Shown piece by piece: positions 51,175 to 61,359 of a stretch of DNA of 64,000 bases. Within the stretch, counting starts at the first letter, position 1; each line of letters opens with the position of its first letter. The notes under the pieces are model-generated. The model did no database searches and had not been told where the DNA came from. It saw only the letters and a list, made by a program, of their open reading frames with translations. Both the position numbers and the translations under genes were made by a program. This DNA comes from Candidatus Ryanbacteria bacterium CG10_big_fil_rev_8_21_14_0_10_43_42 (GTDB lineage Bacteria > Patescibacteriota > Minisyncoccia > Ryanbacterales > 2-02-FULL-48-12): positions 97,368 through 161,367 of the forward strand of contig PFEF01000006.1 in assembly GCA_002793915.1 (NCBI GenBank). Reading direction: 5' to 3'.

Positions 51175-51346
51175 AGCCAAAAAACCGTTATTTTATAGGG
51201 GTAAAATGACTACTTTCTGAATATGTATAAGGCGCTCTGCTTGTATTGACTTTTATACCCTTTTTGTGTATAATGCTCCCATCGATGAATATGGCGTTTG
51301 GAAGAATAGGAGACAGATTTTCTCCTATGTCTGCGAATAGGATTCG

Positions 51347-52060
51347 GTGTCTATGAACGAAAACAAAACAATTTTACGTAATTGTAGGGGTACGTGTATT
51401 ACATATAGTAAACAGTCGCAATTCTCGAGAAAGGTACTCGCTGGATTTTTCGGAGTATCCACATTTTTACAAAATATTCTTTTACCTGTTCCGGCACCGG
51501 AGGATCTTCAAAAAGAAATAGAAAACGTTGTTGCTTATATTGAATCAAGTACGCCTAAACCCATAGGAGAGCATTACACTATTGTAGAGTCATTTGATTA
51601 TACGGTAGAGGATGGTGATAATATTCATAGCATTGCGCGTGATCTTAAAAAGGAAAACATATGGGTAACACCAAAGCAGATTATTGAATGGAATAATCTG
51701 AATGGACCGCGGTATTATCTGGATCCGGGACGAATTATCAAAATCAATAAACTTTCATGGGACAAGCAGATCGTAGAGGCGTCATGGTACGGACCCGGAT
51801 TTCAAGGGCGTCCCATGGCAAATACGAAGATTTTTGATCAGAATGATATAGTTGCGGCGCATATGCACTTACCTCTTAATATGAAGGTGCGGGTAACTAA
51901 TTTGGAAAACGGAAAATCTCTCGTCATTCCCATTACTGATCGTGGTAATTTTGAAAAATATAATCGCGGTATTGATCTTTCAAAGCAGGCGGCCAAGGAA
52001 CTTGGGTATCAGGGTGCCGGCGTAACACAGGTGCTGATAGAACCGTTGCATACGCTGTAG
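51347..52060 (+). CDS. LysM plus RlpA-type DPBB protein
   Basis: YTVEDGDNIHSIA...WNNL (LysM); ASWYGPGFQG, AAH, VTNLENGKS, DRG, IDLS. Confidence 0.88.
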   Translation: MSMNENKTILRNCRGTCITYSKQSQFSRKVLAGFFGVSTFLQNILLPVPAPEDLQKEIENVVAYIESSTPKPIGEHYTIVESFDYTVEDGDNIHSIARDLKKENIWVTPKQIIEWNNLNGPRYYLDPGRIIKINKLSWDKQIVEASWYGPGFQGRPMANTKIFDQNDIVAAHMHLPLNMKVRVTNLENGKSLVIPITDRGNFEKYNRGIDLSKQAAKELGYQGAGVTQVLIEPLHTL

Positions 52061-52176
52061 TATATACGGTAGTATATGTGAAGAGCAGAAAGCTGAAATG
52101 GGTTTTTGTGTAAAAACAAAAATCGCTTTCAGCTTTTTTGCTGAAATATAGTTCTTTGAAGGAAAGGAAGTACGGA

Positions 52177-52584
52177 ATGGTGAAGGTCCTTGGGATAATG
52201 GCAGTGGTTATTATTGCGTATGTGATGTGTGTCGTAGAGGTTGGTGCGCGCGTGAAGGGTATGTTTATAGCAACAACATACCGACAGCAAAAAATTGCTT
52301 CTTGGTACGGTCCGGGCTTTTGGGGGAAGCGTACTGCGTGCGGTAATATTTACACAGGCCGGCAATTAACCGCCGCGCATATGGATTTGGGAGATAAATT
52401 TCCGTGTGGAACGCGCATACGCGTAACCAATCTGCGTAATGGAAAAAGTGCCGTTCTTACCATCGACGACACGGGAAACTTTGCTCGATATGGGAGAGTT
52501 TTGGACGTTTCCTATGCCGCCGCAAAAAAATTGGGCTTTTTAACTCAAGGAACGGCTCCCGTACAAATTAATGTCCTTCCTTAA
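52177..52584 (+). CDS. RlpA-type DPBB protein with N-terminal anchor
   Basis: ASWYGPGFWGKRTACG, TAAH, VTNLRNGKS, LDVSYAAA; start set at ATG 52177. Confidence 0.88.
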   Translation: MVKVLGIMAVVIIAYVMCVVEVGARVKGMFIATTYRQQKIASWYGPGFWGKRTACGNIYTGRQLTAAHMDLGDKFPCGTRIRVTNLRNGKSAVLTIDDTGNFARYGRVLDVSYAAAKKLGFLTQGTAPVQINVLP

Positions 52585-52654
52585 ACTCTTTTGCCTCTTA
52601 CATTTTAAGGTAAGGGGTTCTTTTTTTACGTGGACTCTGTGGTATAATAGATGC

Positions 52655-53125
52655 ATGAAATTAAAAGAAGGAAAAAAGGCGCCTGCCATAAAACTTCCCG
52701 ATCAAAACGGGAACATATGCCGTTTAGCGGATTACAAAGGCGTATGGGTGCTTGTTTATTTCTATCCAAAGGATGATACGCCCGGATGTACCGTGCAGGC
52801 GTGCGGAATTAGAGACAATTACGCCGCCTTTAAAAAAGCAAAAATTACAGTTTTTGGTATTAGTAAAGACCCCGTAAAAAAACATAAAAAGTTTGAAGAA
52901 AAATATAATCTTCCCTTTACGCTCCTTTCAGATGAAGGATTGACTGTTCTTAAGGCGTATGATGTGTGGGGAACAAAAAAATTCATGGGACGTGAGTATA
53001 TGGGTATTTCCCGTACGTCATTTCTCATAGACCCGGAAGGCAATATTGCGAAAATATATGAAAATGTAAAACCTAATGAGCATGCGGATATGATCCTTAA
53101 AGATGTAAAAATGCTTCGGACATAA
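52655..53125 (+). CDS. bcp: Thioredoxin-dependent peroxidase Bcp
   Basis: YFYPKDDTPGCTVQAC, RTSFLID; start moved to 52655. Confidence 0.95.
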   Translation: MKLKEGKKAPAIKLPDQNGNICRLADYKGVWVLVYFYPKDDTPGCTVQACGIRDNYAAFKKAKITVFGISKDPVKKHKKFEEKYNLPFTLLSDEGLTVLKAYDVWGTKKFMGREYMGISRTSFLIDPEGNIAKIYENVKPNEHADMILKDVKMLRT

Positions 53126-53151
53126 ATCTTTATTTTTAATTTTCAAAAAAC

Positions 53152-53424
53152 ATGGGAATCTTTTTTACCGGTAAAAAGAAAATAACACGCGAAGAATTTC
53201 GTGATTCACTAAATGCACTTCGTCACGAGAGACTTAACGATTCGGATATTAATGATCTTAAAAATATTTTTAGCGGTTCTCTTAATGAAAAACATGATGA
53301 TAAGGGAATTGACGGAGATGAGTTGAAAAAAACCATCGAACTGCTGAAAAAGAATAAGGGAACGCATAATCTCTCAAAAGCACAAATAGAAAAAGCTGAA
53401 AAAAATCTCAAAAAGCGTCTGTAA
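53152..53424 (+). CDS. Small hypothetical protein, EF-hand-like pattern
   Basis: KITREEF and GIDGDEL helix-loop-helix pairs. Confidence 0.6.
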   Translation: MGIFFTGKKKITREEFRDSLNALRHERLNDSDINDLKNIFSGSLNEKHDDKGIDGDELKKTIELLKKNKGTHNLSKAQIEKAEKNLKKRL

Positions 53425-53488
53425 CTTACGTGTCGCGTAAGAGTGGTTTTAAATTGCCTTTACGGCTCATTTATAATACAATGTCGCC

Positions 53489-54121
53489 ATGAATATAAAA
53501 AAGACAGCCGTACTGATAATCGTTTTTATAGCCATTGCGGTAACGGGTGCGTTGGTATTTAGGTCGGAATATCAACCTATCAATGTTCCAGACGAACCCA
53601 TAATTAGCGAAGAAGACAAGTACGAAGAACTTACATTTCCGGACAATACCCTTGATACGTCGGATTGGGAGATGTACCGCAATGAAGAATTCGGGTTTGA
53701 GATTCGGTATCCGAGAGGGTGGAAGATAAATGCACCTTTGATACACCGTGGTACAGCAGTAAGTAGTTTTTCTGAAAGTGGATATGGGGGCGAATTGCGG
53801 TTTTTCCCTGATGGTATTCCAAGTTCCGATTACTTGGTATTTATGCGTGTTCGGAATATTTCGCTCGAAAATCAAATTGAGAATGTAGAAAACAGCGAAA
53901 TGTTTCCAATGGCTGGTGTAAAAGAATATATAAAAGTGAATAACACTGTTGGTATTGAAACAAAAGATTTTGAAGGCCCAGGATTTTATGTGTATGAAAG
54001 GTACATTTTAGAAGGGCAAAATAACATAACTTACGAATTTGGTGAACTTAACGAGCCGAACGCAGATAAATATAAATCAGAAATGGAGCAAATGCTCCTT
54101 TCGTTCAAACTCATCAAGTAA
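53489..54121 (+). CDS. Membrane-anchored surface protein (PsbP-like), paralog 1
   Basis: TM; YEELTFPDNTLDTSDWEMY...FEIRYP..W; EQMLLSFK end. Confidence 0.75.
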   Translation: MNIKKTAVLIIVFIAIAVTGALVFRSEYQPINVPDEPIISEEDKYEELTFPDNTLDTSDWEMYRNEEFGFEIRYPRGWKINAPLIHRGTAVSSFSESGYGGELRFFPDGIPSSDYLVFMRVRNISLENQIENVENSEMFPMAGVKEYIKVNNTVGIETKDFEGPGFYVYERYILEGQNNITYEFGELNEPNADKYKSEMEQMLLSFKLIK

Positions 54122-54171
54122 TCCATAGAAATTACTTATTGCAAAAAAATGATAGTATACTATCATCGCAA

Positions 54172-54203
54172 GGTCGGTTAATTGGTAACCGACCTTGTTC
54201 TTT
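54172..54203 (+). repeat. 32-nt direct repeat containing a hairpin, copy 1
   Basis: GGTCGGTTAATTGGTAACCGACCTTGTTCTTT, identical to 55102-55133. Confidence 0.9.
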
Positions 54204-54343
54204 ATGTCGCACGCCTTATTTAGATAGAAGTGCATCACGGAACCATTCGCGCCGAACCGGGAGGTGCTGATAGGGGGAGCGCGTTTATTATCGAACTGCC
54301 GTTGGAGGGTATTGAGAAAAATAAAAAAGGTGTTATGGTGTAA
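54200..54343 (+). pseudogene. Histidine kinase HATPase_c C-terminal remnant
   Basis: LYVARLI*IEVHHGTIRAEPGGADRGSAFIIELP; internal TAG and no start codon. Confidence 0.75.
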
Positions 54344-54376
54344 AGATTATATTCAAGTACATTTTTGATACTATAC

Positions 54377-55054
54377 ATGCACTGGAACAAAAAATATATA
54401 ATTATACTAATCATAGTCACCATTACTTTAGCGGGGACGCTGTTTTTGAAATCGGAAAACGGGCTTATGCCAGAGGATTCAATGGAAGAACCGGTAAATG
54501 GAATAATGCCTAAAGACAGAATGGAGAAACCGCCCGCCACTACCCCGGATAGTACATACGAGGAACTTGCATTTCCGGATAACACGCTTGATACGTCAGA
54601 TTGGGAGACGTATAAGCCAAGCAGTTTTGATAATAATATCGCATTTGAAATAAGATATCCAAGAAACTGGAAAATCCAATCTCATGGGGAAAAACAGGCC
54701 GGACCAAATGCAACTATGGTTCTTTACGATAAGAGAATAGGTCACGGAGCCGATAACGGTATCTACATGGTAGTAGAAATAATACCTATTGAGCAATACG
54801 TTAGTGAAAGCACGAAATCTTCAGAATATAGAAAAATTAAGGCAGGTACTGTTTATGGGTACGCGCTTTCCGATGAAGCCCAAAAGAACTTTTCAGCATC
54901 AAGTGCATTATCAGATGTAATATTTGGAAACACGAAAGGGAATAGGACGTATACGTTTCGTATAATTGGACCAGATCTGAAAAATCCTTCTGATCCCGAT
55001 TATTATTTAGATGTTCTAGAACAAATCCTTCTCTCTTTCAAGCTTACTCCGTAG
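54377..55054 (+). CDS. Membrane-anchored surface protein (PsbP-like), paralog 2
   Basis: TM; YEELAFPDNTLDTSDWETY...FEIRYP..W; EQILLSFK end. Confidence 0.75.
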   Translation: MHWNKKYIIILIIVTITLAGTLFLKSENGLMPEDSMEEPVNGIMPKDRMEKPPATTPDSTYEELAFPDNTLDTSDWETYKPSSFDNNIAFEIRYPRNWKIQSHGEKQAGPNATMVLYDKRIGHGADNGIYMVVEIIPIEQYVSESTKSSEYRKIKAGTVYGYALSDEAQKNFSASSALSDVIFGNTKGNRTYTFRIIGPDLKNPSDPDYYLDVLEQILLSFKLTP

Positions 55055-55101
55055 ATTCCGGAGGATATTGCAAAGAGGGTATTAATTTAGTAAAATATTA
55101 C

Positions 55102-55133
55102 GGTCGGTTAATTGGTAACCGACCTTGTTCTTT
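55102..55133 (+). repeat. 32-nt direct repeat containing a hairpin, copy 2
   Basis: Identical to 54172-54203. Confidence 0.9.
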
Positions 55134-55156
55134 CACAACTAGAGGAGGGTAAATGT

Positions 55157-56380
55157 ATGAAGATTAGATTGTTCTTGACTGGCACGGTTTTTATCGGTGC
55201 GTTTATTGGATCTGTATACGCAGGATCAATTAATCCTGTAAGTTCTCCGACTGGGACGTTTGATGTACCGCAAGATGAGGATTATTCAGGACCATATTGT
55301 AGTCAGAGTGGATTTAAACTGGATTACGATCAGTACCATATGCAATGGAATGGTATTATCAGTAAATACCATATGGGCGAAGATTGGAACGGAATGTGTG
55401 GTGACGACACGGATGAGGGTTACCCCCTACGAGCAATTGCATTCGGAAAAGTTGTGTATGTGGATGACACGGGCAATTCCACAAAAGGCAAACAGCTTCA
55501 CATTCGGTATTCTTTTCCGTATGCACTGGCACCGAATGATGTGCAAACATTTGATAGCGTGTATTTACACATTACCGGGATTAATCCGAGTGAAGTTTCT
55601 TTTTCCGGATCGGGTACGGGAAGTTTTGTTTCGAAAGGGGATGTTGTCGCATATCTTGGTGGAACTGGTGGGACAGTGGGATGGCCTGCGCATCTTCATT
55701 GGGAGGCATTGTGGGATGATAGTATTTCGCTTACCGAAAATACCTACCAAAATCCACTCACGGTGGATCACGCATTAAAATATCGTGCTCCATCGCTGAT
55801 TGTTGATGATCGGCGCGATATCGTCGGCCATAGCACTCCTGCTCCGGGTAACTGGTATACATTCACCATGCAGGGTAATGCGCCATCATCTACAATGTAC
55901 ATTTGGCATAATGGAGAGCGCAAGAGTTTGAGAAATGCCATTGCGGCTGGATGGATACCGTCAAAGCCCATTCTCCATGAGAGGGATGGAACATGGTACT
56001 ATTACATTGATGTCGACAATAACTTCTTTGAAAACGGTAAAAGGTATGCCATTAAAACACTTATTTCCGGCCCTGTTTTCTACATCCTTATTCCGGGAAA
56101 CGGCTTTACGGAAGACCGTGCCCGACTTGATATGCTTCATGCAGTGGAGAATGATAATGGATACGATTCGGTAAAAACGGAGACGTATAGTGTTGATTAT
56201 AACTGGATGAGTAGTTTTGAGCTTTATCAAATGGAGTTTAAATTATCAAATGGCGATACCGCATATGTATATCAAGCGACAAGCAAGACTAACCCACTAA
56301 TCCGGTATACCAGCCATTATGACACCAGTAGCAGTACCTATTCCGGATGGGTACCGGTGAATTGGAACCGAATGTACTAA
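55157..56380 (+). CDS. Secreted M23-family metallopeptidase with unknown C-terminal domain
   Basis: Signal peptide, HMGED (HxxxD), AIAFGKVV, SVYLH, VSKGDVV, AHLHWE (HxH); AGGAGG upstream. Confidence 0.85.
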   Translation: MKIRLFLTGTVFIGAFIGSVYAGSINPVSSPTGTFDVPQDEDYSGPYCSQSGFKLDYDQYHMQWNGIISKYHMGEDWNGMCGDDTDEGYPLRAIAFGKVVYVDDTGNSTKGKQLHIRYSFPYALAPNDVQTFDSVYLHITGINPSEVSFSGSGTGSFVSKGDVVAYLGGTGGTVGWPAHLHWEALWDDSISLTENTYQNPLTVDHALKYRAPSLIVDDRRDIVGHSTPAPGNWYTFTMQGNAPSSTMYIWHNGERKSLRNAIAAGWIPSKPILHERDGTWYYYIDVDNNFFENGKRYAIKTLISGPVFYILIPGNGFTEDRARLDMLHAVENDNGYDSVKTETYSVDYNWMSSFELYQMEFKLSNGDTAYVYQATSKTNPLIRYTSHYDTSSSTYSGWVPVNWNRMY

Positions 56381-56661
56381 TGTGTCTACTTTTTAACCTG
56401 TTGTTATATAATCAAATCTTTTAGCTTTCTTGTATTTAGGAAGGCTTTTTATTTTAACGAAGTCCGTATAAAAAAATTTATATAATGGGACATAAGTTTG
56501 AGCTTAGGGTGGGAATTCTTTAATCGCATGTCACTGAATGAAGTGTGAAGTAGATTGGATTCTGATTAAAGCAACTAATTCCTCTAATTGTTTCTTAGTA
56601 GTATCAGGAGTAGGTAGCGTTTCTTATCGTACAAAAGTTCAAAAACTACTCTGTAAAATTA

Positions 56662-56690
56662 TTGACATATAATATATTTTATATTATAAT
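56662..56690 (+). promoter_or_regulatory. Consensus sigma70 promoter, leaderless spacing
   Basis: TTGACA-17 nt-TATAAT-6 nt-ATG(56697). Confidence 0.85.
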
Positions 56691-56696
56691 ATGACC

Positions 56697-57746
56697 ATGA
56701 AATATCTCACGGTCATATGTTCGGTAGGAATACTTTTTTTCATTTTTTCTTTTGTTTTTACGGCATATGCCGAATCTGCAAGCCTTTCTCATAGGGGAGA
56801 ACCGGTGGTTTTTAGTGATGTCGGAACACGAAACGAACAAAACGTAACCATGCGGGGAATGGTGCGTCCGGAGGGGAAATCCACCATTGCGTGGTTTGAG
56901 TGGGGATTATCTCCCGATAGTCTTCCCAATGCAACGCCCGGCATATCCCTGGACGCGGCTTCTTCGTGGCAGGGTTATTCTTATAATATTACCTCAATTA
57001 TTATCCCCGTTTATTATCGGTCCGTTGCTTATAATGAAAATGGTATTTCTCGCGGCGGTATAGTAACAACCGACTATGGATATGTACTGTCGGAAGAAAA
57101 AGATGAGGTATTTATTCAACCTGATAATAATCCGTGTGTGTGCGATTTTTCCGGCAGTGACATGCCCTTGGAGAAAGTGTCGGAATGGGATATAGAAAAA
57201 GATATACGTCTTTCCGGTAATTCCATTATTACGTATGCTATTCACGTTACAAATAAAGGACCAAAAGAACTGCATGATATTGTCATAACAGACACGCTTG
57301 CCTTTTCCGTGCCGCCTCCCATACTTTCCATATCGGATAAGGGTGTATATAGCAAAAAAGACAAGACTGTACTATGGACAATAAATCGCATGGAGTCGCA
57401 TGAAACGCGCATACTAATGTATGTAGTTGCGGTGGATGAACATGAGCCGTACGCCATTCTTGCGGGAGGACAAACAACATTAAAGCAAAACGACACATCG
57501 TTTAAGGTGTCTACCTCCACAATAAGTACATCCTCCGGAACATATGAATATATATACGAAGAGCAATCTACAGATTCCGGCATCGCAGGGAAACATATTT
57601 TATCCCCACCTTCTCGGAAGGCATCTTTCTTTTCCGGTTTTATCGGGATGGCGATTGGCGGTTTGGGTATTCTTCTTATATTTCTTCTTATTTCTTTGGG
57701 AGGAATTATAGCCTATGAAAAACGCTTGAATCGTTTGCGGGCGTAA
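56697..57746 (+). CDS. Surface protein: signal peptide, FN3-like and DUF11-like domains, C-terminal TM
   Basis: AWFEWG, YYRSVAYN; ITYAIHVTNKG...IVITDTL; C-terminal hydrophobic helix. Confidence 0.7.
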   Translation: MKYLTVICSVGILFFIFSFVFTAYAESASLSHRGEPVVFSDVGTRNEQNVTMRGMVRPEGKSTIAWFEWGLSPDSLPNATPGISLDAASSWQGYSYNITSIIIPVYYRSVAYNENGISRGGIVTTDYGYVLSEEKDEVFIQPDNNPCVCDFSGSDMPLEKVSEWDIEKDIRLSGNSIITYAIHVTNKGPKELHDIVITDTLAFSVPPPILSISDKGVYSKKDKTVLWTINRMESHETRILMYVVAVDEHEPYAILAGGQTTLKQNDTSFKVSTSTISTSSGTYEYIYEEQSTDSGIAGKHILSPPSRKASFFSGFIGMAIGGLGILLIFLLISLGGIIAYEKRLNRLRA

Positions 57747-57821
57747 AGGAGCTAAGGAATACGTAGAATAATAAGGGTTTTTCTTGCGTATATCCCCGCA
57801 GTATGGTAGAAAATAAGCATT

Positions 57822-58574
57822 ATGCATGAAATTTTTCTCAGTGCCGAACCTATTTTTTCTGTGGGAACTTTTTCCGTAACAAACGCTCTTATTCTTTCCG
57901 TGGTTGTGGTTCTTTTTTTGCTGATTGGCAGTATATTATTACAGAGGCGTATACGGCTTGTTCCGGGCGGATTTCAAAGCGTGGCGGAGATTGTTTACGA
58001 AGAGGGACTTTTTTTAATGGACTCCGTTTTGGGTGAGCGCCGTAAATCCGAAAAATATCTTCCGTTTGTTGCCACGATATTTCTTTTTATTCTTTTTTCC
58101 AACTGGTTTGGTATTTTGCCCGGCGTTGGTTCTATCGGGTTTTATGAAGAGGTCGCTTTGCATGGGGAGCATCATATGACATTTACTCCTTTATTACGCG
58201 CACCTTCCAGCGATCTTAATTTTACTCTTGCGCTTGCCATACTTACCGTTGTTATGGTGAATGTTTTTGGTATAGCGGCTATAGGAGTAAAAGCGCATAT
58301 CGGAAAGTTCCTTAACTTTAAAAGCCCCATAGGTTTTTTTATAGGGATACTTGAACTTATTTCAGAAATTGCTAGAATGATATCGTTTGCGTTTCGTCTT
58401 TTCGGAAACGTTTTTGCAGGCGAGGTATTGCTTGTCGTAATTGCTTTTTTAGTACCGCTTATAGCTCCGGTACCCTTTTTCTTTCTTGAAATTTTTGTGG
58501 GTTTTATTCAGGCGTTTGTATTTGCAATGCTTGCCTTGGTTTTTATTTCCATGGCGACGATAGAGCATCATTAG
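57822..58574 (+). CDS. atpB: ATP synthase F0 subunit a
   Basis: FILFSNWFGILP, SFAFRLFGNVFAGE, IQAFVF. Confidence 0.97.
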   Translation: MHEIFLSAEPIFSVGTFSVTNALILSVVVVLFLLIGSILLQRRIRLVPGGFQSVAEIVYEEGLFLMDSVLGERRKSEKYLPFVATIFLFILFSNWFGILPGVGSIGFYEEVALHGEHHMTFTPLLRAPSSDLNFTLALAILTVVMVNVFGIAAIGVKAHIGKFLNFKSPIGFFIGILELISEIARMISFAFRLFGNVFAGEVLLVVIAFLVPLIAPVPFFFLEIFVGFIQAFVFAMLALVFISMATIEHH

Positions 58575-58613
58575 AACTTTCTCATGTGTCTTACTGTAAA
58601 GTCACATGAGTGA

Positions 58614-58901
<288 letters not shown>

Positions 58902-58911
58902 TAAGGACTTC

Positions 58912-59406
58912 ATGGAAGAATTTGTAAGACAATTTGGCATAGATGGCCGCTTTCTGTTAAGTCAGGTGGTAAACTTTGCTATTGTTCTTGCGGCACTGCG
59001 GTTTTTTGCCTTTAAGCCCCTGGCTCATATTCTTAAATCACGGCGGGAGCGTATTGAAGAAGGGCTTGCAAAAGCGGATGCCGCCGATAAGCGTATGGAG
59101 GATGTACAGCAGATGGCCAAGAATAAATTGCGGAAGGCTGAACAAGAGGCAATGGAGGTTCTACGTGCTGTTGATGTTCGCGCAAAAGAAACAGAGGAAG
59201 CTCTTTTGGAATCTTCTCGTAAAAAGGGAGAGGTACTTCTTCGCGAAGCTGTTCAATCTATAGAAGCCGAACGTCAAAAAACGCGGGGGGAAGTAGAAAA
59301 AGAGGCGCGTACGCTGGTGCGTGATGCTGTACTTGCCGTCGCGGACATATCTCCGGATAGTATTGACGAGGCGCTTATTGGAAAAGCGCTTCAGCGCATA
59401 AAATAA
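58912..59406 (+). CDS. atpF: ATP synthase F0 subunit b
   Basis: FGID...QVVNF, KPL..IL..RRERIEEGL, coiled coil; ATG 58912. Confidence 0.94.
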   Translation: MEEFVRQFGIDGRFLLSQVVNFAIVLAALRFFAFKPLAHILKSRRERIEEGLAKADAADKRMEDVQQMAKNKLRKAEQEAMEVLRAVDVRAKETEEALLESSRKKGEVLLREAVQSIEAERQKTRGEVEKEARTLVRDAVLAVADISPDSIDEALIGKALQRIK

Positions 59407-59408
59407 GC

Positions 59409-59786
59409 ATGAAATACGCCCCCGTATTATACGCACGCGCATTTGCATCTGCCATGGAGGAATATCCGAAAATGGCGCATGATCTTGTTAAAAATATGCT
59501 TACCGTACTTAAGCGTACGGGAGATATTTCTCATGCGGAACGTATTATATACGCTATCGAGCGCGAACTTACACGAAAAAACGGCGGACATGTTATTACG
59601 GTACAGACAGCGCGAACCGTATCCGACATTCTACAAAAGAAAATTACCGAATCATTTACAAAAGAAGATATAATAAAAGAGCAGATACGTCCTGAGTTGG
59701 GGGCGGGTATACGTGTTGTTGTGGATGATGAGAGAGAATACAATGCTTCACTGCAGTATAAATTAAAACGACTATTAGGCGTCTAG
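59409..59786 (+). CDS. atpH: ATP synthase F1 subunit delta, short
   Basis: YARA, PELGAGIRV, ASLQYKL; operon position. Confidence 0.85.
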   Translation: MKYAPVLYARAFASAMEEYPKMAHDLVKNMLTVLKRTGDISHAERIIYAIERELTRKNGGHVITVQTARTVSDILQKKITESFTKEDIIKEQIRPELGAGIRVVVDDEREYNASLQYKLKRLLGV

Positions 59787-59817
59787 TGTTATAGACTCTG
59801 TATCTAAAATCTAAACA

Positions 59818-61350
59818 ATGAGCTACGAAATTGTAGAAAAATTAAAAAAAGAGATAGCGGGTTTTACCGATTCTGCCGAATGGCGGGATGTGGGTTCTGT
59901 TATTGAAGTTGCGGACGGTATTGCAAAAGTATCGGGGCTTCGGAATGTAATGAGTCAGGAGCTTCTCGTAATTGAAACACGGCAGGGAGAATGTTCTGCT
60001 CTTGCTCTTAATTTGGAGGAAGAAACAATTGGTGTATTGGTGCTCGGCGGGTATGAATCCATCGAGGCGGGAAATACTGTTCGCAGTACCGGAAACGTAC
60101 TTTCCTTGGATGTTGGTCCGGATATTGTGGGGCGTGTAATTGATCCTCTGGGTCGTCCTCTTGATGGGGCCGGACCGCTATATAAAGAGGGGAGCAATAA
60201 AAAGCGCCAATTGTTGGAGGAGAACGCACCCTCTGTTATTGATCGTGAGTCGGTTAATGTTCCGCTTCACACGGGTATAAAAGCTATCGACAGCATGATT
60301 CCTATCGGGCGCGGACAGCGCGAGCTTATTATTGGAGATCGGCAGACGGGGAAAACAGCTATTGCTCTTGATGTTATTATCAACCAGAAAAAAGAGGGCG
60401 GCGAGCCACCTGTTTGTATCTACGTTGCTATCGGACAAAAGGAATCTAAAATTGCCCGTACTATTGAAACATTGAAAAAACATGGCGCTATGGATTATAC
60501 GGTTGTTGTTTCCGCGCCGGCGGCATCTGGTGCGGCGCATTGGTATCTGGCACCTTTTGCGGGCGCGGCAGTGGGAGAATATTTTCGTGATAGCGGCAAG
60601 GATGCGGTAATCATCTATGACGATCTTTCCAAACATGCATCCGCTTATCGTCAAATAGCACTTTTACTGCGCCGTCCGCCCGGACGAGAAGCATATCCGG
60701 GAGATATTTTTTATCTGCATTCCCGCTTATTGGAGCGTGCCGCGAAACTATCAAAAGAAAAAGGCGGCGGATCTCTTACCGCCCTTCCTATTATTGAAAC
60801 ACAACTTGGCGATGTTACCGCCTATGTGCCCACAAACGTAATTTCCATTACAGACGGACAAATTTATTTGGAATCCGATTTGTTTAATAAAGGCATGCGT
60901 CCGGCTATTAATGCGGGTCTTTCCGTTTCGCGCGTGGGTTCGGCGGCACAAACAAAAGCCATAAAAAAAGTAGCAGGGAAATTGCGTCTTACACTTGCAC
61001 AATTCCGGGAATTGCAGTCGTTCGTACAGTTTGCGTCTGATGTAGATGAACAGACACGTTCCCGTATTCAAGAGGGGCGTATTATGACGGAACTTTTGAA
61101 GCAATCCGACTTATCTCCCGTTCCGTTTGAATATCAGGCCGTTTTGTTTTTTGCCGCTATAAATGGTTATCTTGCAAAACTTGATCCCGATATTATCCCG
61201 GCGTTTGAAAAAGCATTTATGGAGCACATGGAAAGATTGCATGAAAAAGATATCTTGATACCGATTCGAGAAAAGAAAACGATTGATGAAGAATTGGAAA
61301 AAACATTGAGGGATATTATTCAAACGTTCGTAGAGGGTTACAAAAACTAA
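59818..61350 (+). CDS. atpA: ATP synthase F1 subunit alpha
   Basis: GDRQTGKT, RRPPGREAYPGD, PTNVISITDGQ. Confidence 0.99.
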   Translation: MSYEIVEKLKKEIAGFTDSAEWRDVGSVIEVADGIAKVSGLRNVMSQELLVIETRQGECSALALNLEEETIGVLVLGGYESIEAGNTVRSTGNVLSLDVGPDIVGRVIDPLGRPLDGAGPLYKEGSNKKRQLLEENAPSVIDRESVNVPLHTGIKAIDSMIPIGRGQRELIIGDRQTGKTAIALDVIINQKKEGGEPPVCIYVAIGQKESKIARTIETLKKHGAMDYTVVVSAPAASGAAHWYLAPFAGAAVGEYFRDSGKDAVIIYDDLSKHASAYRQIALLLRRPPGREAYPGDIFYLHSRLLERAAKLSKEKGGGSLTALPIIETQLGDVTAYVPTNVISITDGQIYLESDLFNKGMRPAINAGLSVSRVGSAAQTKAIKKVAGKLRLTLAQFRELQSFVQFASDVDEQTRSRIQEGRIMTELLKQSDLSPVPFEYQAVLFFAAINGYLAKLDPDIIPAFEKAFMEHMERLHEKDILIPIREKKTIDEELEKTLRDIIQTFVEGYKN

Positions 61351-61359
61351 TTTTAAACT

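Noticed and set aside
55112-55156. Upstream TTG start of the M23 ORF
   Set aside because: It begins inside the hairpin repeat; ATG 55157 has an SD and yields a clean signal peptide.
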